Assembly: GCA_040954595.2 (NCBI GenBank)
Contig: CM082581.2
Span: 3,960,699-4,024,698, forward strand
From: Balanoglossus misakiensis
Taxonomy: Eukaryota > Animalia > Hemichordata
DNA length: 64,000 nt
Direction: 5' to 3'
A model generated the notes under the pieces. That model did no database searches. It was not told the origin of the DNA and saw only the letters and a program-made list of their open reading frames with translations. This document shows, piece after piece, positions 1 to 14,195 of this stretch; the stretch's first letter is position 1; every line of letters starts with the position of its first letter. The position numbers and the translations under genes were made by a program.

Positions 1-3000
1 TGACAAAATGTTTAAATATTTCGTCAATAAATTTCGGGTAAAGTTGAGAGAAAGCGTATTCAATACATGTATACACGCATCATTTCGTTCGTGTTTTTCT
101 TTCGTCTGGTTATTTAGTTAGAGAACGGTGTTACTGCGATAATATGCGTGTTAAATCACGGTGATCACTCGGAAATTTCTGTAGATTATTTGAGAATTAG
201 CCATTTTTGCGATCAATATTTTATAGAACTTCTTTCTCCCCTGGTATTTGCGCGAGTGCAATCGGGCGTTAACCAAGCTAATATTTGAGGTTTTTTTCTC
301 TCTCGGCGTATGCAGTCCATACGTATGAGATAGATGCGGCTGGCCATCGATACGTGCCTTTGTCCGCGGTTGCCGACAGCTGCCCATGCTTGGGTCGGTT
401 GTAAACCCTTCCAAGTATTTACACGTAATGTTTTAGAACCCTCTTTAAGGTGGTTCTGATCCCCCACCTGAATATCCCACTAATTTATTCGATTAGATCC
501 GAAACGGGTCTGATATCCGCGACACCAGCGATCAAGTGGCAAGCGACTTATATTCGATTCCGATTCATAATTTCTACGTTCACTTGATCTCGTTGTCGTC
601 TCGGATTCCAGTGTTCAGATAAACACGCAAAATATGATAGAATAAGAATAGGAAGTGAATAAGAACCTTTAAGGAATGGAGCCAGTGATTAACTAAACCT
701 GGTTGAGACAGTAATCATATTTTTTGTAACTTCATAAACCTTGATACCCCGTCTATTAACTTTATGAAATTTAATTCGGTAGGAACCCCATCCCCATCTC
801 AGAAACTTTAGCCACTTGATTTGAATCGATTATGGTATTTACTGTCTGATATGATTTTTTTAAACACAGGATTCTTCTTCGGTTATGTCGACCCGATCCT
901 TGTGCGCGGCGCACAACGTGCGTATCCCGCGGGGAGCGCGCAGAATCCCCGTATCGCTGGTCGCATAGCGCCGCGTAATAGGGTTATCAAAAGCTAAGTT
1001 ATGATTTTAATGTGAAATATTAAATTTTCTGTTGATAGTTAAATAAAATTGTTGACGAAATGAGGGTTGGAACCCTTTAATTTCTCTAAAGGCCATATTA
1101 TGTGGGCCGTTGTTCAGTCTGCCAGGGGCATAGCAAACTCGTCGGTTACCCCCACGGATCACCCAATTCTTGTTCCTACAAAGGCTAAAACATGGTTGCC
1201 GTTATGCACTGTCAATAACACTGACTTGGGTCACACTGCGACAAGAAATTCTCATTAATAGCAGATTTACTTGTCAAGACAGCACACTTTAAAATGAAGC
1301 AGCAGAATGGTGTTAGATGACAGTTTGTTTTTTCGTTACTCCAGGGGGTTGGGAAGCAGGGTCTTACTAAAAGCTTCGCTTATTGTTCGTTTGCTGTAAT
1401 TTTGAGAAATGATATAACGACTTTGAAATGATTGCTGAAATGTCATATTGACGTGAATTTACATGTTTATTTCCATTCTGTATACGTTTTATCGTTTAAT
1501 ATTTGAAGACCAATTTGTTTCGTTTCGCGGTAAAAGAAAAACTCCAGTCAATTGAACTTAAGTACATGTATAGCTTAATTTCTGTCTTCAACATTATTTT
1601 GCACCGACTGCTTTTGTTGTTTAGTTCTATATAGACGGAATCTTCTATTTCTTGGGACGCCAACAAACGTATCACCTGAATGAATGAAATTGGGGCCTAA
1701 CAGCAATAATGGTCATATACAGGAGATGTTCAACACTATATGGTAAGGATTATTGAAAGGAAAAAAACCCACGATATCTGAGCTAGTCCCGTTATCTCAT
1801 AAAACTACAAGGGGTGTTGAGCTAATTTTATTAGGGAGAAACGGGACAGGCCGTTTTCTCTTCACTGTGAAGAGGTAGTCCTTGCGTCAAATAAATATTA
1901 AATTCTTTCGTCTGAAGATATAAAAAAGACTGGACGTAGGTTGTGTTTTTTGCATTAAGAGTTGGACGTTTTACTGTGTTGGCAACCCATCATTCTCGTC
2001 TTCAAGGTTTGATGTGGACTGGAATTCGAGTACAGAGCATTGTTCCTCTCTCTAGCGGCAAGATGATTTTAATCGAACATTAAGTGCTCTACCTTACTTT
2101 GCGTCCAAGTTTCAGTATAACCCGGCAGTGAATTCGTTCAAAAGAAACCTGGAAACGACGGTTTTAAATGAATTAAATAAAAAAACGCGTGGTTTGTTCG
2201 AGACATGTGTATCATGATGTTAGTCTTTGTCAAAGTGGAAATCCCTTCCCTGTGATGCTGTGCAATGGGTCCAACTTGGCACGGCCTTCTCGGATCCATA
2301 GACAAATTTCCCGGGGATAATTTTCTATCCTTTGAAACCATGACCATAACATTAGTCCCGCGAGTGCGAACGATTTACCAACAAGACAAATTATTCAGTG
2401 GCAAAAAGTACAGGATGTTTGGCAACATATATACACGGATATTCAATCTTTGCTATTTTTTATCTGAGATGCATACATTCACGCCGGTGTTATTTTAAAG
2501 TTTCATATTTTATTTGTATTCCCGTTTAAAGTCTAATTTGTTCAGTATGGCTAAACTCCCAGAGTCCCTGTAGACATTTGTATAGCTTGCATTCGCAGCT
2601 ATAGCGTTGGTCTGGATATTATATACAGTGGGTATACATAGCCTTCCTTCGGTCCCAGTCTACACACACCTTTCTACTCATTTCAACGTCTACCGTCAGA
2701 AACAGTCTGTGTACGTCCTTTCTCTATTTCAATATATGCCCTCAATATCTATTCAACAGGAGAATTGTGTATGCTAGTTGATCAGCGTATCTCCAATTAA
2801 GTTAAGTCACCAACCGTCAGGGACTTGCCCTCACTTTCATTAAAGGTCGAAAGTTAGAGCAGCGTGCCTGACGGCTTTCATGCATTACCGAGCTTTGCCA
2901 CTTGAGGGCGCATAATTTAGAGCCACTTTCTTTGTCTGCCTGCTGCCTGCTTTACGATACATCATACATAAACTCTGTGTATCTCAACTACACTACAAGT

Positions 3001-6000
3001 GCTGTAACTTTCCTCTTTGTAGGCGTATCACACAACTTGGTCATCTTCCGACTTTGTTTTATATTGTTCCAACATCAGTATTTTTGTACCCACTAGGTAA
3101 GTGCCATTAATCCCTTGTTAAACAGATTATCTACGCCACCACTGCTTAATTTCACAACTCATTTTCGATTGTCTCTTTTTAATTTAATCTGTGTGATTTA
3201 TACTCTATTCAGATGTATCGATACTAACAGGTCATTCATTCATAACAAACTTGTCAAACTTTTCGGCACTTGCACCCAATCTAGAGTGCCCGTGTTAACG
3301 CTTTTACTCTACAGGCGGCTTGTGTTTTCCAATTTGCCGTTACGTGTGTCTTTCTTGTCTGCTGTAGCCCCACACAGTGAAAACTCGACTCACAAGGAAA
3401 TTAATATTTACGTGTAAAACTTACGTGTCGGTTACTTTTACGCTCCAATGTTCACTACTTCCCCAAAATTTCCTTGCCAGATCCTTGGGTGTTTTTCTTT
3501 CAATGAGTTAAAAAACGTTTCGCGGGGAAATTTCGCAAATATGATGTTACGATGAGCACTGCGCCCCGCGTTGTGGGCATAAAACATCACGCACAATAGC
3601 CTTCAGTGTATGTACGTACACTGCACTCGTCATATGAATGGAGAAAAAAATAGTTATCTCTGCCGAAAAAGAAGAGAGGCACGCGAAAAAGACGAGGCCC
3701 GGTGGAGTGCAAGCACGCTGTAGACACCGAACGGCGTGATATGTCCGGAAAGTCGTTTAACGCTGCTCCATTCTGGGCAGACTTATGCAGGTTGTAAGAC
3801 TCCCCGATGACTGCGAGTTTGAGTGAAAACCAATTGGGGTTGTCAACAGTTTCCGCCAGGAGATTTCACCAGGCTTCATTCCGCTAATTCAATCAGGCAA
3901 CAAAAGTTATTGCCCTTGTTTAAGGAAATAATGACAATATTGGACAGCCTAATCCTTTTGGTCATTGTGTGTTGGCCAACCACACATTCCGTTATATTTA
4001 ATACCGCGCATATTGTCGACGAAATATTCGATAACGTTATTTAGGTTTTAAATTTGGCCTTGCAGGGACTGTGTGTGTGAACACTTGTTTGACTATGCCT
4101 TGCGTCGTCCAGAGGCTGCTACGTGAAAACCAATTCACGATTCCTATCACACGTCATAATCACGGTCTTGATGGACATTGAAGAAAAAAAAACTACAACT
4201 ATCACAACTTCTTTTTAAAAATTTAATCACGATTTACAGGTAACGTTACGTTTTGTTAAAACACCACGATCCTCTATCGTTTTTTCCTGACGCGGTATTC
4301 TCAGAGAAGCGGCCGGGCCATGACAACACACAACTCCCTAAGCAGTCACTATGACGCTGTCGCACCCGTCGTAGAGTGCAACTACACAAATTGTAAATCC
4401 GACAAAAAAACGTGCGACCTTCGAAACGTGCCCTGCGTTTATGACATCGGATTATTTTAATATTCAATATATTTTCATTCCAGTGTTTTGTAATTAAACA
4501 TCACCGCCACGGTGAGTAATCAAGCTCACGGATATTAATACGCGTAAGTAAACAGGAGACATAAACCGGTCGGGACGGTGGGAGAAGCGAGCAGGCAAAT
4601 CCTACTCCCCTAACAGTATCAATTAACACAGCAGAATCTCATTACATGAAACCCAAGTCCAAAACTATCTTGCAAATGTGACTGACATTAAGTCACATCG
4701 CAATGAATTGGTTGAAGCTAAGATGAATTCATTACCGGCAAGTCAGTTTATTTTCATATCAATCCCGATCCCTTCTTCATATAACTTGTAGGAACATTAA
4801 TTTGCTTTGTTGTAAAATCTGACGAGGTAGGAAAGAGTAGCGTTGCATAGAAAATGGCCATCCTGTGGGAAATGGCAAGTCCGCCACGAACAGGCTAACT
4901 TCCAGACATCGAATACAAAGCCTTTCCCAGAAGACGTAGGCCCGCGTGCGTTGAAAAGGAACGCCCTAACCAAAGATAAATTTAAATGAATATGTTTTAG
5001 AATACGATTATATTGCCCGTGTTGGTGTATTCTATATTTTATGACACCCTGCCCGTTTCTATATTTCACCTTTTGACTGAATGTTCACCAAATATACAAA
5101 CAAATGTGCTCTTTCTAACAGGTAAAGACGTTTCCCCCGCGACTCACTGATTCACTTCGTAAAATAGCCGTGTATTTTATCATATATATACAATATTTAT
5201 ATAAAAAGAAACAAGTAAATAATTGTGTATTCTACTTAACAGAAAAGAAATGTTAATCTAGCAAAGTAAAGATGCGGCCTGCAAACTTAAACTTGAGAAA
5301 TTTCGCATGTTTTGCTCCTCTGAGTGGTACAGCAAATATCCTTGAATATTGATTAGAAAAAAAATGTCTAGTGTTTGGCCTTTTTCACTTATATATTTCC
5401 TGGATTTAAAATAGACGACTCGTGCGCGTGTTGTATGTCCGTTCCTTAACAAGGAGGTACGTGGAGGAGGTAGAACTAATTAATGTCATCAACCGTGGTT
5501 GCAACGCTGCAGGGAACATCTAATATGGCCATCAACACCTTTGCACTGAGAATACGATAATTGACTGCTATTGGGATTTGCTAACTGATAATGATAGGAT
5601 TTCCGCCCTGATTATCCACAAGGAATCGGGGAGGAAAGGCCAACAATGGCAAATATGGAAACAAAAACTGTTGACAAAGAAGCTGGATGCGATGCGCACC
5701 AGGAATACACGTGGGGTAATCGCCCATTTCGAGTTTTCACAAAGCAAACAAATTAGTGTGACTCTATGAATGTTGACTGAGGCCGCGTGCTGCAAAAAGT
5801 TGCACATAATGAAAGGTACTTTGCAACGACGAATAATCGAAATTCTGATAGCCACGAAGAATTCACTGAATAGCCAGCCCGGATTTTAAAATTTCATGTC
5901 GTACCAACAAGTCGAATAATAAAACACGGTCCCAGCAGATGTGACAATGATACCCGGCGTATTCAAGCGCTGCTATCGTTTCACATTTCCAAGGTCAATT

Positions 6001-9000
6001 TATAACTTCCTGAATAAATCCATATTTCTGTTCTGCCATCGCGCCATCCATGCGATGGACGCCCAGAGTCAAAGGGCCTGCACATGCTGCCTGAGTTATA
6101 TTTTTCTGACGCCGATAAGAACATACATATAAGACCTGCGGTGCGAAGGCTCATAACTGTTGTAATTAATGCACCTGTTGTGGCAGAACGGCCTGGATGG
6201 GACCCAATCCACAACCTTCTATTTCAAGGAAACTTTTCACGTGACAAACAGATGGGGGATACTGATTTAATAAATGTTTCCGATATAGAGTAGAGAAATG
6301 ATACGTGCATGTGTGTCCGCGGAATATAAAACTGGTCATTTTCATTTGAACTTCAATCTCAAATTTATACGAGCACAAAACAATTATATCTCTCAGCGTG
6401 TCGTGCTGTGCGGTGTTGCCTCTCATAATTCGTTCGTATGTCGCCGTTCTAAGGTTTGGCCGGCCCTTGCAGAGATATTGGCGCGAAACCCATTCACGGG
6501 GCCCGTGCCTGTCAAACCCGTCACATTATCATACCTGCAGTGACAACAGTCAGCATCACGGCGATGGTGAAATACATTGAATCCCTCATGGAAACTCCGA
6601 CGAGTAGCAGTTTTCACTCTTTATGGTGGACATTTTCAAATTCACTTTTTACGCTAACTTAAACTGCAAATAAAAAAGTCACACAGTGATTTGCTCTGAA
6701 ACCGAAAAATGTCCGGCGCTCGCTGGCTGCTCTATACATTGAATTAAAATTAAGCAAAACTCGTGATTTCTTCGCAACAATTAAAAAAAAATGCCTTTTC
6801 AATAATCCTCCCAATCTAAATTTTGCTACATCTCGTCTAATGTCCGCATAGTATAATTCTATGTTTCCTGATGATGAATCAGATCTAAACGATTTTCCGT
6901 GTAGTAAATTTCCCATAAATATTTCTGAAAATGCCTGGATTTTTACGTTATGAGAAATATAACCTGGCTTGTGTCGTAAAACAATAAATTTCGACCATTC
7001 TCTTAAATTTTGGGGACTTGTAAGTGAAACAACGCGTATAGAATTGTCAAACACTAATTGAGATTGCCAAGGATTCTCTGTATTCTGGCGACCTGCAATT
7101 ATCAAACCTTTATAATATTTTTCTGGTTTGGAAATTTGCTATCCAAACCGAATAAACGAAATTTACAAATTCCCAATTTATTGTGTTTCACTGTTCCCGT
7201 AGAAAATAGCTTTTCCGCGGGAAACGCCTTCTCCACACGAACGCGAGATTCTGCAGTCAAGAGTATCCGAACTGTCCGGGGCTATATAACAAGTGACCAT
7301 ACCTGGAATAGACATCTTATTACCATACTCGCCACGCATAGAATAGTGTATGAATATTTCTTCTTCGGTGAAATTCTTCGTTGTACTTATTTCAAAAACC
7401 AGATCCGCTAAAAGTGCCGTTTAATGTCACGATTGTAATATTTTCTCCAATATGAAGAGATTTTGTTGAAAGTTCTGACCATATCGGCTTTTCTGTCTGG
7501 AAGAGTCCGACCTCGGAATATCAGAAGAAAATGTCAATTATAACCCGAACCGCCCTTCTCCGCACTATCCATCGTGTCGCTATTTGAGAATAAAAATAAT
7601 ATAATGTCAAAATTTGACCGATATTCTCATAGAATACAAAATTCTACGTTCCATATTGGAGAGTTGAGAGACGAAGACGAGTCGAAGCCCGGGCAATCTG
7701 CACTGATTTCGTTGATCGATAATATAATTGAAATATGTTATTATTGGTTTATTTCATTTGGTTGGCTACGTCAGATGAATAGGGAGAGGGAAGAAATTTG
7801 ACAGGGCATGGATATACTTGTGTTTTTATCTCACACAATAGGGCAGGACAATCGAGAAGCCCCGCGGCACTGTCTGACTCCATTCCAGGCGGTGTTACCC
7901 CGTGTGCATATTACTGCCATTTTCCCTCGCACGCAACAATACTAATCGAATTGGGTCTCCAAATACATCATATCTTGATGGGTATTAAGTCATGCTAACG
8001 GCCCACTGATCGTTGCTTTATTGCCAGCACTCCATCGCTCAAAAAAAACGGCGAAACGTGTAAGGCCAGATTGGAACTTCAATCCAATCTACAGCAATCG
8101 CCACCGTTTCAGGGGACCTATTCATTACGAAGTTTGAACGAATTTACAGAAGCGTGCCATGTGTAAGCTACAAGCTAATCAGACGCTGCGTGTGCGCGTT
8201 GCAGCGTCCCCGGGTCGTCGTAGTGTCCGCCGCCAAAATTCGACCACCTCCGTCGCCACCAGACATAAACATTTCGGAATAGAAAAATGAAATCAATACT
8301 GATATGCAAGACAACAAATTCGATTGGTTATGTGAAATATTTAAATAAATAAATAAATATCTCACAAATCGAAATGTAACGATCGGCATCATGAATTGAT
8401 TAGACACATCAAGCGAAGGCCTTGTTACTTTTTGACTAAGAAGTAGTCAGGTGGACTTTAATGCGTACGATCAATAATTCTTATTATCAATAGCTTCTCC
8501 ATAATTTTAGACTTGATGCCAAATTTCGAGATCACAGCAGTCAATGATTGCGTGTCTTAGGCCACTGACTCTATGAACATTTAAAAACATATTAATTTTA
8601 TATTCTGTGCCCTGCCATGTCAAATTCTCGTGACAATTCGACCATTCCGACTTAAGGTAGATACTTATTCTAATTTATTTCAATATTATCAGCGAAGTCT
8701 TGCACCTGTAGTCTAATCGTTCCGCCATTCTGGTTTTCAACTAATTTCTTCTCTGATCGAATTAGTTCGCGTTTATATACGAAATTATGGTATTTTAATT
8801 GTATTGTTTAAAAAAAATAATATTTTAAGAATTTGTAATTTAACTTCAAGGGCGACGCGATCGAACCCCTTGCTCTTACGGTATCATCGTTCCTGGAACT
8901 GTATATGAACTCTCTTTGATTGTTGGAACGCATGTCGGCCGTGGGGAGGTTTCTACTGCGGCGTCCCATTGCTCGACCCAGACAACAATCCTATTACAAC

Positions 9001-12000
9001 AAGTTTCCTAACTAGTCTCCCTTGTCGCCATTGTTCTACTCATTTTTGAGTGCTTCTGTGTTTTCATAATACAAAAGAGAGGACACAAGACGATTTCTTA
9101 TTCTGTTGGAGTCATTTTACCATCTATCATCTTGCGAAAAAGGCTTCCAAATTATCAAGCAAATCTTTGGCGAAATTTGCCCCGCGGCGAAGCCATTGGC
9201 GCTTTTGAAATGGATCCCCGAGGAACGCGCCATATATTTCTGAGTAATCGCACTGCAGGTCTGCCAGTGCATGTTTCCAGTAGGCGTATTCGTATACCAT
9301 GCTTCGACGTTATTAGTAAGTCGGTAAAAACCTACGCGGCTCCTGCTTTTCCGTATTTTGCCGGCTTTCCGCTTTAACCGAAAAAAAATGGTACGTCTAT
9401 GCATAAAACATGTTGTGATGTATGGCAATATATCGTGGATGTAGGCACCTTTAGTGCGGGCTAGTCGTCGGCGGTTATTACTTTCCGGTGGAATTATTTC
9501 GATTGTGTCGTTGTTTACCTTTTTGACATTGTGGTCGGGGCAAGACAAGTTGTAAGGTAAACACGGATATATCTTGAGGAACAAACCCCGGAACAGAATT
9601 TAAGCTCCAAAACTGGTTAGAACACCGATGTCAAGTTCTCATTGCGGTGTATTACACTATTTTTTTGTTGGAATGTCCGCTTTCTTTATAAATTTGGCTC
9701 GAAGAAAGAGCGCGTGAGACTTGGCATAGAGTCAAATCGTTATAACATGCAATTTGATTACATCCTTGAAGTTAACACGGACCTCCTTCAAGATGAATAA
9801 CTTGAGGTTGTGTGAGAACAGAGAACCATAAAGATCAAGACGCAGGTTCTTTATCAGTCTTATCTGAAAGCAACTGATTGACTTGATAAATATTTCAAGA
9901 GAAAAACAGAAAGGCGCGTCAATATTCGATGTTCGCGACTCGCAGGGAAAAAATGCGAGGGCCGGAATATAATGGAAAACTTCAAATCGACAACTCTGAT
10001 AACCAAAGCAATTATCCCGACATGTTATCTACAGGCTTCGCGATCTGTGTACGTTGTGTGCCATCAAAGACACGGACTCGCTCAACAATTAAGGAGCTCT
10101 TCGGCGATATTTTCGCGTTGTTTCGAAGAAGTTTCACGAACTGGCGAAAGTTCACAATGTTCTGGCATTCGTGTGTCGATACAAAGCTTAGAGAGCCACC
10201 GACAATTTCTACCATGGGTTACTGTGGTTTAATTAGGTTCACTTTGACCGATAGACGGCACAGGTTGTGCAGATTGTTCGTGCGTCTGGTGGCGATGTCC
10301 GGTGTTTCAATGGCGTATTGTCGACATCTGGGGTGGCTATCCAGTCACCCGGGCTAAATACTGACGGTTTTAATCATGTCGTTTCGCGAACGACGCTATT
10401 AAAAGTGGTTTAAACAAACTTTCGCAGCGTCTTAAAATTTTGGATTCCAGAAACGCAGTTTGGTTGTGTGTTCACTTCGTCAAGTTGACCTGTCAAGTGC
10501 TTCCAGGTTCGGGCGGCACCTAAGTGAACTTGTTGCATGGAAGTCAATAATTTTATTGCTCCCAGTGTCGCTGTTGACAGCCAATCGCGGCGCGCCTCTT
10601 TATACCAAATTTATCGGGAAATTGTTGTGCAAAATTAGATGTGATTGAACCAAATAAATCTTGGTCATATCGTCACAGCTGCACAGGATACCAATGTACT
10701 TACAGGAAATGGTTTACCGAACCCAACAACCCGCAGAGCCATATACAGTTTCTTGTAACTCTCGTTGAAACCTCCACGCAACTATAGGGACCGTTTCTTT
10801 GTATCTTATAACCGGCGACCGTCAGGGCAACCGATCGACCTCATGTCAGACGGAGAAACTATGTTTGAGAAATACTTAGGAGAACAAATTTTTGCCGTGT
10901 GAAATTGTCGGCTCCGTTAAAATGACCCAACGCTAAAAATGAGAGAAAACTGTGAGAGATCGGATTATTGGAACATTAATTTATTGAAAATTCCCCCGTT
11001 TCATGATCCGACATTGGTGCAGCGATTTTAAATTGTGGACAATGCAAAATATGGGCATTTGTATACGGACAAGCCGAACACACATATTAAAAAACCCAGA
11101 TAACTTCTAAAATATGTACTTAAAGCTAAACCAGAAATATTAAATTGGGACATCAACAACTTGGGAAGTTACTCTTCTGAATTTTCATGATTCCGCGTTT
11201 CATACTAGGACACAGTAAAAAATCAACACAAAAGATGTGATATTAGGCTACAAATGTAAAATTATTAGAGACAGAGAATTAATAAAATTAGATAACTTGA
11301 CAAAATTGATTAATTTTGGCAAAACAATACCCCATGATTGTTGGGTGACTTGCAGAAATAATAAATATTATGTTTTATATTGTGCGGCAAAATATTGTTA
11401 ACATCCCCGAAGGCCTCGATCTCAGCCGTGACTCTATAGCTACAGGACAGTGTGTAACCACCGTAGCGTTGAAGGAAACGTGACACCAATTGGTAGGAAC
11501 CGGTATACACATCCACCAACCCCTTCGTTTGAATGATTCGCTTTCTGCAAATTTTCCCCTTTCGATATATTGGTTGTCCAACTTTCCCATTTACTTTGGT
11601 AACGCAGGAGTCAATCGCCGGCGCGCGGCTATAGGTCGACTTCGTGACTGTCGCTTCAGTCATTGTTCAGAGAATACGTGGAGATCGTTGCGAGTAATAT
11701 GAGGCAGATGGCGACGGCAGTACAGCATCCACTGACTCACCAGAGCGCCCTATGAGTAGTAATCCATGACCCAACCTAAAATTACTGCTTATTTTTTTTT
11801 ATTTAATTTTTGAACGACGAAATAATTCTCCGTTGGCGTTGCGCGGTTCGCTTGAAATGCGGAATATTGGCAGCGTGGCGGGTTCTCAGTGAGGCTCCAT
11901 TAGCCGGTGTGCCGTACCAGTTTGGGCAACTTTTTGTTATGATATGAGAGATTTAGAATTAAACCGGGTAAGCAAAACGATGCAAAATAGAATATTCGAT

Positions 12001-12779
12001 CGAATGCACGTGATGACAAAAGCCCATGAAATTTAATACAATAATGTCATTTGGTAGCTAGCCATTGATAGTATTCAATTATAGGAGGATAGTAGGCATG
12101 GTTGTGTTGTTAGGCTGCGTGATGGCCAACCCATTGTCTCCGCTTTTCTCGGCCCATATGGCATACAATTTTACTGCGGCAAGCGCTCTCTGCTAATACC
12201 TATTTTCCGGGTTAGCCGTTCCGTGCAAACCTAAAAAAAACTGCACTTTCGCGGTATTCGCTCCGCTCGTCTGCATTTCCTATCTTATTTTTTTCTTCGC
12301 TTTAATTTATTGACAATTTTTTTACAGCCCAAAGGGCTACAGTGGCCCACAGTTCTCCTTCCGATATCATTAAAATGCTCCTTTTAATGGTCTTTTACCG
12401 TAAGGCAAAAGGAAACACTACGGCTTTGCCATTTTCGCGACTTTCCGATACCGTTTTGCAGTTCGGATGAAGATTATGATAATATTTCTTTTGAATTTGA
12501 GGATCCTGGCGACTTTTGTCGTTCTGGGTGATTGTCGTTATTGTTTCCTTAGCTACGGAGCGTCTCGTCTCGATCAACTGATACGGTCTACTGCATGGAA
12601 GTCATTTTGTTACCCATGCGTCTAAAGAATAAACCGATCTATCGAGCTGACTTGGCCGGGGATCCGAAAACTCCTGGTCGTTACACCGTCAATGACTCCA
12701 CTTGTTTATCTTTTGCGTGTTTATTTTACGACCATTGACTTTTGTTTATCGGCAAACAAGGGTCGGATTAATTATGTAA

Positions 12780-13539
12780 ATTGAGTCTTCGAGTCAGTGT
12801 TGATTGGGTGCGCGTGGCCGCTGACCCATCAATCAAATTAGAGAATGACATTAGATATACTATGCGAAGTAGCGGGAAAGCCATTTGTTCGTCTGACGAC
12901 CCACCCATCACTCTTATTGGGCGGCGGCAACTCTTAGCATATTTTAATCCTTATAAGGTAGAAATGGTGTTGTCCAATGATTCTGATCTGTTGTCAATTG
13001 CTGTCAACGGCAAGTCCCTTGGGTATTTAGAGCTTTTCCCTTGGGGACCGAAATCCGTAGGGAAGCCGCCGTCCATAGCAGTACTCGAAACCAACAAAAG
13101 ACGCCCCCCGGGAGATCAACACCCAAAGCTGGCTACATCGTAAGCTACGACCACATTACGATGGTAATCACTACACGTTTATTTTCTGTTTAGAGTCTGT
13201 GGTGGTTGACAGCATAGTAAACTATACTCTGAGTCAACGTGTAAAGCTTATACCGGAACCGAGTAACCTGCTCATGCATGTATGTGTGAGCCGAAGATAA
13301 CATTGAGACCTCGTGGTTCGGCTACTTTCCCGTTCCATTCTGAGTCTTATACAGTTGTGTTTACACATCATCTGGGACAACTCCGAGTTTACACAGCCAA
13401 CTTTTGTTGTAATCAGATTAGAGGAAGAACGGTTCCGTTATATGTTGCAAAGTTGTTTATCAAGTATTTAATTCACGTATCCACCTTTATTGACAAGTAA
13501 TCGTGTCTTAAACTACACTGTCGTTCGCTAGGAGTTTTC
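12780..13539 (+). promoter_or_regulatory. Putative COE proximal promoter / 5' UTR region
   Basis: Directly upstream of the ATG. CCAAT boxes (ATTGG 12803-12807 and 12916-12920; CCAAT 12974-12978), GC box GGGCGG 12919-12924, ATCAATCA (Pbx-type) 12828-12835, TTATAA 12951-12956, paired-class palindrome TAATCAGATTA 13410-13420. TSS cannot be determined from sequence. Confidence 0.5.
13015..13113. promoter_or_regulatory. Cluster of four COE/EBF-binding-site-like palindromes (TCCCNNGGGA type)
   Basis: TCCCTTGGGT 13015-13024, TCCCTTGGGG 13037-13046, TCCGTAGGGA 13054-13063, CCCCCCGGGA 13104-13113; each is one mismatch from TCCCNNGGGA. Confidence 0.5.
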
Positions 13540-13655
13540 ATGTTCGGAATTCAGGATACCCTATCAAGAGGTCCCACGAATCTAAAAGAGGAACCCCTTA
13601 CCAGTGGTGTTAGGAATTGGATGCAACCCACTATGGTTGAACAAGGCGCTGCAAG
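13540..13655 (+). CDS. COE: COE/EBF transcription factor, coding exon 1 (MFGIQDTLSRGPTNLKEEPLTSGVRNWMQPTMVEQGAA-S)
   Basis: ATG at 13540. Translation resembles the EBF N-terminus (MFGIQ...KEEPL...WMQ) and includes a psi-K-x-E (LKEE) motif. Donor AG|GTTCGG after 13655 (phase 2) joins in frame to exon 2; this donor is weaker than the others. Confidence 0.9.
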
Positions 13656-13985
13656 GTTCGGTTTTTATCAAAATATTTTCATATTTATCTCGATTTTTTA
13701 TTCGCAACGCGGGGAAATTACATTGAATGTACGTGACACTAAGTGTACGTCCCAGTACGGCATGTCATTGACATCTTCCCATGTTGTTACATTCGATAGC
13801 TGAATGGCGGATGGAATCATTCTGCGCGATGATCATTGAAGGAACGATGTTGGGGAAAAATTGAATCCCGGCAAAATTTATCACGTCACCCGGTAGATTT
13901 AGTGAGATTCATTCGTTCACGTTAGGCGTTATCAGGACTTGTTTTGTTTTCATTACATCTCGTCATCGAATGATCGCCAGTTTAA

Positions 13986-14195
<210 letters not shown>

